Assembly: GCA_030141605.1 (NCBI GenBank)
Contig: JAQGDQ010000003.1
Coordinates: 2,852,001-2,916,000 of the forward strand
Length of the DNA stretch: 64,000 bases
Origin: Tubiluchus corallicola
Taxonomy: Eukaryota > Animalia > Priapulida
Direction: 5' to 3'
Positions 53,883-64,000 of this stretch are shown here, one piece after another. The notes under the pieces were generated by a model, which made no database searches, had not been told where the DNA came from, and was given only the letters and a program-made list of their open reading frames with translations. Made by a program: the position numbers and the translations under genes. Position 1 is the stretch's first letter. Each line of letters begins with the position of its first letter.

Positions 53883-54700
53883 TTTCTGTTCTTGGTTGAA
53901 TTTCGCGCGTACCCATAGTCCTGTGCGCAAAATCCGAATCATGCCCACAATTCTGTGCGCTCAAGGCGAAGTACGCAAAGTAGACCTCACCGAAGTGCTC
54001 AGTGCGAGCAGTGAGCAACCAACAAGATTTGTAAAAAAGTTAACACCCGATTCGGCTAGCAGTGATGCCCTATTTAGCAAGTTTGACCAGACATATCTTT
54101 TTTGTACTACGACATTAATAATTACTTAATCATACAAGGAATTTCAGGTTAATTGCAATTACACTGTTATTTTTGCTTCATAGAAATCATTATTAATCCT
54201 ATATCAATATCTTATCGAATTAAACATCTACAATCACTAAGCTATTTAAAGTAACATTATACATTTCACATTATTCACAATGCACAGCAGTTTTAATTCA
54301 TTGTGACAAACGTAAGATGCCCAGTTGGATAATTAATGTGTGATTATTGAAAGCTACTCTTACTAAATGTTAGGCAACTATAATGCCTATTACTTTGTGA
54401 ATAAGCTTTCTTTGGATGTAGTTCAAGTTGGCAAGTCAAAGCAACGGTGAAAGAGTGATTGACATCATGAGAATTGATTGAGAGACCCAGAGTTAGTGGC
54501 AGAAATAAAAAGCATGCTAGGATCTAACTGTGCTGCAACCATAAAGTTGCTTCACAGCGTAGCAGACGAAAAACACCGATTAAACATTACAGAAATCTAG
54601 ATCGGGAATTTGACTCAAAGTACATTATAATGATACTACATCGATATACGTATAAAGAAATGATGCCTTGATGATACTTTGCATTTAGCATGTATTATAA

Positions 54701-54703
<3 letters not shown>

Positions 54704-54761
<58 letters not shown>

Positions 54762-54836
54762 GCCATGAACTCAAAAGATGAACATAATAATTTGTTGAAG
54801 CTATGTGTGTGTGTACGCGTGTGTTTGTGTGTGTGT
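54704..54836. repeat. (TA)n plus imperfect (TG)n microsatellites
   Basis: (ta)n at 54704-54760 and (tg)n at about 54804-54836. Confidence 0.95.
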
Positions 54837-55374
54837 ACATTATTTCACAAAACATCATTAAAACCTTTATGAAACATTTTTGAGGCACTGTAAAACAGCA
54901 TTTTTGAGACAATTAAAATGTTGCAAAAATAAGTGTGTTAATTTATTGCATTTCACTAGACACCAAGCCCGCCTCAAACACTTTGATTTGTAGAGTGGAA
55001 ATCCTAGAAGTCAGAGTGGAGGCTAAATTGATTTAAGTTATTAACCTCGTTCATCAGTATACGTAAGACAAGTTAATGGGAGTTGTGAAACATCTGCAAG
55101 ATTCATTGGAGGATTCTCAATTCGATTGATCTTTTTGAGCCTCTGATTTTATCCATGCATGCACAAGATACATAAAGCATTCACCCTAAATATTGAGGCA
55201 TGATGCATTATGCATTCTTTATTGATTCGGCAATTATACTTGAATGTGATAGTTGTTTTGTGCTCGTTGCTTTTGTACGTCTAGCCATAGGTTGTGTAAC
55301 TTATTCGTACACACTACCAGTATAACTATCTTGTTCCACATATCCTTTTAATAAATTCTGCTTTATGCCGAAAG

Positions 55375-55785
55375 TAGGGGTGGGCATTCTCTACCAGAAA
55401 GTGAATTCGAATGGAACCGAATTTGACTTTCAAATTCTAATCAAACCGAACTCCAATCTTTCGAATTCGAACCGAATTCAAATTGAGATTGAAAGATTTT
55501 CGAACAAGTTTTCGAACCATCAGTAAAAATTAGTCTTATAAAGATTATGCATATTACTCGATTTTGTTCTGCAATAAGATGACTAGTAATTTGTTTAAAG
55601 TTGTGCGCAGAAATCACAGGTAAGTTATACTAATTGTACGATGTTTCAATCGTTTTAATGATAAGGAACATTAGGTGATTGAGGTGCAGAATTATTCGAA
55701 TCTATAGTTTTAGGTTCGAATCGAGTTCGAACTAAAAAAATCGTTCGAATCGAATTCAAACACGATCGTTCAATGCTCATCCTTA
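55375..55785. mobile_element. hAT-type MITE
   Basis: TIRs taggggtgggcatt and aatgctcatcctta. Perfect 8-bp TSD GCCGAAAG at 55367-55374 and 55786-55793. Many subterminal ttcgaa/accgaa repeats. Confidence 0.88.
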
Positions 55786-58700
55786 GCCGAAAGACAGCAA
55801 AAGTTTGACCAAGAGAAAAATGTTGATGGGAAATAATGATCATCACTAAATCACTCGAAAATTATTATTCTGTTGCAAGCTAAATTATTATAGCATTATA
55901 TAATTTTTAGCGGGAATAACTGCATTGCAGCGTCTTAGGCTACATCACGAATTTGAACGTGTACTTGTTTAAGAATCAACGGACATTGCATCGTTTGGTT
56001 TGCCGCCATTTCCTTTTTCGACGTTCGTTAGTTTCCACATTGGGCGTTTAATTTTCAAGGACAAAGGTTAATAGGAAAACAAAGGTTAACTCTGCATGCA
56101 CTTTCATGGTAAATATTGTTTACTTATTTTACTGAAATTTATGCTTAAGGATTTTATCTGTAAAGAAATTGCCGGTAGGCTAGTTAAAATAGTTTAAATT
56201 CGTATACCCACTTTTTAATTTTATAAATTGTTGCATCATTGCGTGCCTTAGGCCTAGAAACTAACGTGATGTTTTAACTATTGCTGTTGTATTAGCTTGT
56301 GATAAATCTTCTTTTGGCTTGTAACCGGGTTAGGCCATTTCAGAGCAGGGTGGGCAGTTAGCATTTTTGCTGCCAGAAATTGAGATAGGCAGCTAAAAAA
56401 TCTGCCTGTACCCATTTGTTCAGTGTGTAGTGAATCCTATATAGTTTAATTTTGTACAACAACTTGACAACATTACATAGATAAGGCTTCTTCTGCCTAA
56501 TTTTTACTTAAGTGTAAATTCGTCATTTAAGTCAGTTTCATAAGAACTCCAGATGACAAAGTTTTTATTTTTCTGCTGTTATGTTGTCAGGACACGCATA
56601 TCTAGGTACCATTACTATATATGCTTGTGGCTGATAAATAAATATATCCAGTAGCATCATAAGAATTGAATACAGTAGAGCTTTTAATATGTAAAAAAAT
56701 CAACCACCTTATTGAGTTATGGATAAGAATGTATTGAAATACTAGCCGCATACATTTTACTCAAATATATATGTCCTTTATCTGTTTTTCTTTGTATTTT
56801 TTCCTTCTTAAAATAGTTCGGTCAGTGCACAAGTAAGCAGAGCAGTTCAAATCTGGTATGTGCCAGCGATAATGACATTGACATGGTGATCATTGTAATG
56901 CGCGAGTAAAAACTTTGCATTTAGACATCTAGGTTTTATCCAACAGTTAAATTCAAATTTAAGGATTTTAAGCGACAGTGCAAACATTACAATTTTGCAT
57001 AAGTGCCAGAGCATCACTAACGTACATTGACTCAGAAAAGATGCAAAGTTTCGTTAATACCGAGAAGTAGTAAACATGGCAAGCTTAGTAAGTAAGTAAG
57101 TTTTTTGTCGCCTTATTACAATATGTTCAGCACAAGAATCAGTGATGTTAATTAAATAAAAACAAAATAACTTTGTGATTAATAAATTATAATCACAGTG
57201 TTATTTTGAAAAGCAGGAGTAGAATCATTTTATCTCAGTGCAAGGCCCAATCAAGAACTTGTGAAGAGAATAGGTATGGCACGAAGATTTAATTTCCAAA
57301 ATTGAATCAAATCCGAATCTCACATTTTTGCAGTTTGCGAAACCAAACCAAATCTGAATTTTTAATCTTCTTAATTTTCTATATCAGATTGAATCCAAGT
57401 CCTTTAATTTGATGCCAGTCAGGTTTTTCATCTTAGGATAAGTGCAGTGTTTGTTGCAATGGATGTTAATAGTTATGATGAAACATAAAGGTTTTGCTAT
57501 ACTCAGTAAAATTTCTGAGTTCAGATTTAGTTTTTGGGTTAGTTTATGTTTAGCTTGCTTTGTTCTTTGTACTTAGAATTAAGAGAAACTTTAGCATATT
57601 TTGTTACTGCTTTCTTATTTAAACTTCGTTAGTAAATTTTAGAAATTAAAGAAATTAAACACAACACATGTGTAAGATATCGTGACGTATCGTCTGTGTT
57701 CAAAACAAAGCTGGTTTAGAAGCAGCATAACCGAAATCCTGTGCAAGTTAAGTCATTATATTCCTAGTCAGTCGGTTGTTGATTTGACATATAATTTGTG
57801 TGGTGCACAACTTTTGCGGAAAGGGCTTTAAGCTCCTCAAAAAGATACATGGACTGTGATGTCATATCGCATCCCAAATATTTTTTTTAATTTTTCCACT
57901 TTAAAGACATGCCACAAGACAAAATTGGTCTTTGAAAAGTGAGCTCATGGTCTAAATCATAGACTTGCTTTCCTTCTTCGGTCCTCATTAGGCTTCTGCA
58001 ATTTAGGTAATTATTTCTTCAACAAATAGTTATCAAAACACTTTGCTTCACCAAAAAAATTATATTGGTGTTTAAAAAACAAGAGAAATCAGAATGTAAT
58101 AGGCTTGAAAGATGTCTGTAGTTTTTTTTATACTGTAACTGCATAGTTAGACCTAAGACTAGCACTCGATTTTTAATTTTTTAGGATGTTGTAAACCATC
58201 GCATCTGGTGCACACATCACATATGTGTTTCTAACATGGCTTCGTAAGCCATTGTTATGGCTGAGTCAGCCATAGCCCAGTCCTCCACAGAGAGGTGGGT
58301 CTGTGCAGAGTACGGGATGAATGTCCATCGTATTCTTTTAACCACAAACAAACTTACCATAGCTTAAGGAGAAAAATTGCGTATTGCTACTTTTTGAAAT
58401 AATTTGGTAAGTATTGGAATATTTTGATTCTTTGAATGTTTTAATGCTAGATCTATTGTTAGATTTACTTTAGTTATGAAACAGTACATTGGTATATCAA
58501 CTTCTCACTTTCTGCTTTCTCATATCTCACCAGACTTCAGTTGTCTGGATATCAGTTCTAATGTAGCAATTGGTACCGAATGGATACTTCTCTCTTTACT
58601 TTTGTAATTTTTTCCTAGGTCAGTTCTCTATATACGTTCTCCCCAGTTTGGTCAAGTTAAGAGATGTAGAGGGTAAAATTTTATTGAGTTTACAAAAAAA

Positions 58701-60215
58701 CTTTTATGTGACAATCCATGAATGTATCATTAAAATTTTTGTGTTGGAAATCTTTTTTGGGTTGTGGGCTCGACCCGAATCGCTGCTCGTTTAGATGTTG
58801 TTTTTGAAAAAAGCTTAAGGCTCGATGGAATTTGCAATGGATCTTCACGTGAAACGTCACACGAATATACTAGTCTCAACAGCAAGTTTTAAAGAAATTT
58901 TATGCGTGTGTCAACATGTTTACAACAAGTCGATAAATAAACAAAATCAATGCAGTTTTTATGCACTTTCAGACGCCATGTGAAACCACTTAGGTTTACA
59001 CCTGTGAACGAAATGATACGAAAGATTTTTATCATCATATTTTTGATGGTCATCATCTATTGAATCAAACACGTGTCCAGGGACACGATTATGTTCAGCT
59101 TTTTATGCGCGAAAGATCACCCATATTAGACAAATGTGAAACACGTGAATACGCACAGCTTTTAGAAGAATTTAATAAGATATAATACTTTTGTTATTGT
59201 TTAGGTTAGGGCTAGATTAACTGTGCTCTGGACTGCATGGGGCATTGCTTTCTTCTTATATGAGTGCAAGAGACAAAGATTTTTTTAGGAATTATACGTA
59301 TTATATCGTTCACAGATCAGAACTGAATCCCCTGTACCGAACTGTGTTATAAGTGGCATAACAGGCCTAGCAGAGTGTGGAAGGTGGTGGCATTGTGTTC
59401 AAAGTATACTACTCCTAATGACCCTAAAATAATTTGCGTCTTAAATAGGATTTTAGGCCACTAAATTAACGTAAATTAAATTAACATTGTACTGTTTGGA
59501 AAACGTATACGAATTCATGGCAAATAAATTCGAAGATCTTGTTTCGTCGAAAGATAGCATACCTAAATAAGAATGATACTTTTACCAAAATCAATATCAT
59601 TACTCTGAACAACCAGCGATACTATATGAATGCATGAGTTCAGCCACCAAGGTGAATTAAGTATTAACCTCTTACGTAGGAAGTAACCATCTTAGCTAAT
59701 GTTTTTCTTTTACTAATAAGTATCTTTACGACATTTGTTACTTCATTAGTAAAAGGTATAAATCGATTTAAATGAAATTATTGATTCATCGCAGCGTATA
59801 TCAAAATCGTTATTACATATTACGTTTTCCTTTCTTAATGTTTTCCTTATGTTTCCTTGCTATTATTACATCATTTACTTTATTACATCAATTACATTAA
59901 GTCATCTATAAAAGCATGCTTAACTGTAATAATTTTTTCGTTTAAGTAAGGTGAGTGTGTTAATGACCGTATGGTCGTACACTCACCTCGCACTACTCAA
60001 ATCATTTTATTTATTGCTTATTAATGTGTACGATATTGAATTTTGATGCTTGAAAATAAATTCATAGTTCATAGCAATGCTGCTACCTAGAGTTCTATTT
60101 CTGCCAATTTTAAAGCTCCTGCCTTGCATACTTCCCCAAAGCGCTCTGATACATCTCTAAATAACATCAGTTTTTACATGTAGTATTACATCACTTACAG
60201 TCAAGTTAGGCTTAC

Positions 60216-61323
60216 CGGAAACAAAAGGAGAAGCAGTCGATGATTCCAATGACAGGTCAGATGTTGATTCTGTGGATGTTTCTGATGTTATTGCCTCTGA
60301 TGTTTCAGCATTTGATGCCATGGATATTTCAGTTGTTGACACTATTCTTGTATCTGTCGTTGATACCTCTGGTGCTGCTGATGTATCAGTCGTGGATACC
60401 ATTGGTGTTTCAGATGTTGATGACTCAAACATGTCTGATTCCATTGTTGTCACAGATGTCGATGCTGAAGGTGTTGATCCCTCGGGTACTTCAGATGCTG
60501 ATGTCCCTGATGTCATTGATGTTTTAGACGTTGATCCCTTGGGTACTTCAGATGCTGATGTCTCTGCAGTCATTGATGTTTTAGATGTTGATCCCTCTGG
60601 TACTTCAGATGCTGATGTCTCTGCTGTCATTGATGTTTTAGACTTTGATCCCTCGGGTACTTCAGATGCTGATGTCTCTGATGTCATTGATGTTTCAGAC
60701 GTTGTTCCCTCGGGCACTTCAGAAGCTGGTGTCTCTGCAGTCATTGATGTTTTAGACGTTGATCCCTCGGGTACTTCAGATGCTGATGTCTCTGCAGTCA
60801 TTGATGTTTTAGACATTGATCCCTCGGGTACTTCAGATGCTGATGTCTCTGCAGTCATTGATGTTTTAGACGTTGATCCCTCGGGTACTTCAGATGCTGA
60901 TGTCTCTGCTGTCATTGATGTTTCAGACGTTGATCCCTCGGGTACTTCAGATGCTGATGTCTCTGCAGTCATTGATGTTTTAGACGTTGATCCCTCGGGT
61001 ACTTCAGATGCTGATGTCCCTGCAGTCATTGATGTTTTAGATGTTGATCCCTCGGGTACTTCAGATGCTGATGTCTCTGCAGTCATTGATGTTTTAGATG
61101 TTGATCCCTCGGGCACTTCAAATGCTGATGTCTCTGAAGCAGAGGTGTTCACATTACTAATAGATGTACCCGACAAGCCACTTGTGTTAGTGCTTGTTGA
61201 TGCTTTCTCGATGCTTGTATTAGCATTTGTTGTCGTGGAAGTAAGGTTTGAAGTTTCAGTGCCATCTGGTGTCCATTCCTGAAACATGGACAACACAAAA
61301 ATGAGACTGGTCAAAGACACCAT
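60216..61323 (-). CDS. Mucin-like Ser/Thr-rich secreted or cell-surface protein, large first coding exon; downstream exons not identified
   Basis: 388-aa ORF with gcaATGg start and hydrophobic N-terminus MVSLTSLIFVLSMF (possible signal peptide). About 12 copies of TSASEVPEGSTSKTSMTAE and N-glycosylation sequons NLT, NTS. Donor TCCG|gtaagc at 60215; unspliced, the ORF stops at 60157. An alternative acceptor exists at 61278. Confidence 0.7.
60470..61135. repeat. 57-bp coding tandem repeat (about 12 copies, 19 aa)
   Basis: gatccctcgggtacttcagatgctgatgtctctgcagtcattgatgttttagacgtt recurs every 57 nt (for example 60476 and 60533). Confidence 0.95.
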
Positions 61324-61490
61324 TGCGCGTATGTCTAAAACATGTTACAGATAATGAAGTGTAGTTAGGCTTTTGTTATGCAACAATTAGCACAGATCGC
61401 ACCATGCAGTATGCATTCATGTAGTATGAATTCATGGTTCATAGTTATGCAGGATTATTCCCGAATTTTTACTACAGCAGCAGCATAGCA

Positions 61491-62016
<526 letters not shown>

Positions 62017-62077
62017 GGCACGCGATTATTTATGTACATTGTATCGTTCTTGATAACTTGAACTATTTCACTTCTGG

Positions 62078-62339
62078 TTAAATCATAAGACTAAAATTAC
62101 TGAAAACTACACATTAAACCATAAGACTAAAGTTACTGAAAACTACACATTAAACCTTAAGACTAAAATTACTGAAAACTACACATTAAACCATAAGACT
62201 AAAATTACAGAAATTGCAATAAAACAGAGCACACAACAACATGTAGCACAGAATTTCATTATTTCATTTTAATTCAATTCAATTCACATTTTTATTTCAG
62301 GCTTAAAATCCATGTAAAACATACATGTAAAGTAAATAA

Positions 62340-62375
<36 letters not shown>

Positions 62376-63165
62376 AAAGACATTAAGACTTCACATTAAA
62401 ACATAAGACTAAAATTACTGAAGACTACACATTAAAACATAAGACTAAAATTACTGAAGACTACACATTAAACCTTAAGACTAAAATTACTGAAAACTAC
62501 ACATTAAACCATAAGACTAAAATTACTGAAAACTACACATTAAACCATAAGACTAAAATTACTGAAGACTATGTATTAAAACATAAGACTAAAATTACTG
62601 AAGACTACACATTAAACTGTAAGACTAAAATTACTGGAAACTACACATTAAACCATAAGACTAAAATTACTGAAAACTACACATTAAACCATAAGACTAA
62701 AATTACTGAAGACTACACATTAAACTGTAAGACTAAAATTACTGAAAACTACACATTAAACCATAAGACTAAAATTACTGAAAACTACACATTAAACCAT
62801 AAGACTAAAATTACTGAAAACTACACATTAAACTATAAGACTAAAATTACTGAAGACTACACATTAAACTTCTTCTTCTTCTTCTTCCCAGATTTTCCCT
62901 ATGCGGGGTCGCCGTAAAGACTACACATTAAACTATAAGACTAAAATTACTGAAAACTACACATTAAACCTTAAGACTAAAATTACTGAAGACTACACGT
63001 TAAATCATAAGACTAAAATTACTGAAAACTACACATTAAACCATAAGACTAAAGTTACTGAAAACTACACATTAAACCTTAAGACTAAAATTACTGAAAA
63101 CTACACATTAAACCATAAGACTAAAATTACAGAAATTGCAATAAAACAGAGCACACAACAACAAA
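62078..63165. repeat. 36-bp minisatellite array, interrupted
   Basis: Unit cataagactaaaattactgaaaactacacattaaac, interrupted at about 62210-62385 and at 62871-62916. Confidence 0.95.
62871..62916 (-). mobile_element. Severely 5'-truncated RTE-type retroelement 3' end with TSD
   Basis: The minus strand reads tacggcgaccccgcatagggaaaatctgg(gaa)n, resembling recalled RTE-clade 3' ends. It is flanked by the 18-bp direct repeat aagactacacattaaact (62853-62870 and 62917-62934). Confidence 0.65.
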
Positions 63166-63462
63166 AACACACATACAAGAGGACACACTATTTACGTTAT
63201 TATATACAAGACAATGCACAGAAGACACACAAAAGACAATTTCAAACAAACCTTGACAAAGAACCATTGCTGGACTATTTCTTTAAAACTAAGTTATCTA
63301 AAGTGTGGATGGAGCTTTGTTCTAGGTACTGTTTTAGAAAGTTTCAATGGCACTTCTTATGTAAGGCACAAACATACTACAAATCACAACACAGGCACAA
63401 TGTTGCTAAGTCAAAATTAAATAGTTAAATAGAAGTAAAACAATGCTGCTGCTGTCTAGAGA

Positions 63463-63654
63463 TTAGTGGGGTTCTGACGATTCACCGGCTGACCAATGTC
63501 TTCCATACAGCTTCTCCAGAGATTTGTACGCTAGGTGGCGCGCTGCTTTGGTTATCAGGTGTTGAAGATTGGTGCCGCTATCTTGCACCTCCTTCTGTAG
63601 TTCCATCAGGTTGGAAAGAATGTCTCCCTTCAGACCGTAAGCTGTGGCGCCCAA
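63463..63654 (-). CDS. Probable terminal coding exon of an unidentified gene entering from the right edge
   Basis: Polypyrimidine acceptor tttttttag| directly before a GC-richer open frame LGATAYGLKGDILSNLMELQKEVQDSGTNLQHLITKAARHLAYKSLEKLYGRHWSAGESSEPH*. The other two frames close early. No family recognised. Confidence 0.55.
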   Translation of the reverse strand: MGATAYGLKGDILSNLMELQKEVQDSGTNLQHLITKAARHLAYKSLEKLYGRHWSAGESSEPH

Positions 63655-64000
63655 CTAAAAAAAATGAAAAAAACGCAATTTATTATATTTGACAACAGTA
63701 AAATTAGCACTTTGTAAAACAATGTAAAAACGCATAACCGGTCCTCACACTCGATACTATAGGTTTTACACGTCAAATGTAGACACAGGAAAGTTCAAAT
63801 GTGACTTAGGTAAGTCAAATGTAGATGCGGTACTTTGAATAAATCGGTAATTAACTCATTTAAGTGCAAATTACAAAAAGATAAAACCAAATTAAAATTA
63901 TATTTTATGGTCATGGTGCTATCGGCAGCATCAATTTTTATTATATTTAATGAATTTGCAACTATTTGTATGGACTATTTATATACACCAATTCTACATT

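Larger units (their letters stand above)
49931..53991 (-). mobile_element. Mutator-like (MULE) DNA transposon, non-autonomous/decayed
   Basis: 26-bp perfect TIR GGTGAGGTCTACTTTGCGTACTTCGC at both ends, extending imperfectly to about 48 bp. Perfect 9-bp direct repeat GAAGTGCTC at 49922-49930 and 53992-54000. Internal SWIM zinc-finger coding remnant. Confidence 0.9.

Noticed and set aside
49826-54129. Two ORFs (49826-50020 minus and 53821-54129 plus) sharing ILCA..EVRKVDLTE, looking like paralogs
   Set aside because: The shared peptide is just the translation of the MULE terminal inverted repeats.
60272-61282. 336-aa plus-strand Asp/Val-rich ORF
   Set aside because: It is the antisense shadow of the 57-bp repeat exon. 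The minus frame has the ATG context, signal-like N-terminus, splice donor and mucin composition.
62380-63135. 36-bp repeats of CRISPR-like length, and the 175-aa repeat ORF at 62901-63428
   Set aside because: The units are head-to-tail with no unique spacers and no cas genes, in a eukaryotic context. The ORF is open only because the unit length is a multiple of 3.

Overview
AT-rich metazoan (probably invertebrate) genomic DNA with spliceosomal introns; most short ORFs in the track are noise. I rebuilt minus-strand genes by hand from splice sites and reading phase. (1) The 5' half of a PDZD7/whirlin-family Usher scaffold gene (harmonin-homology domain, PDZ1, PDZ2; 6 coding exons, 1740-11143; runs off the left edge), with a candidate promoter near 20.3-20.7 kb carrying an RFX X-box and four CAGGTG E-boxes. 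(2) A complete 31-exon RRP12 gene (22594-49819, about 1303 aa, one GC-AG intron). (3) A Ser/Thr-rich mucin-like exon with 57-bp repeats (60216-61323). (4) The probable last exon of an unidentified gene (63463-63654). A 4.06-kb Mutator-like element (TIRs, perfect 9-bp TSD, decayed SWIM transposase) sits 111 bp upstream of the RRP12 ATG. Introns and spacers hold hAT and Tc1/pogo-type MITEs, Penelope, LINE and RTE remnants, micro/minisatellites and a miRNA-like hairpin. I found no clearly novel multi-gene system. The best leads are the MULE in the RRP12 promoter, the PDZD7/whirlin hybrid architecture, the X-box/E-box module and the intronic hairpin.
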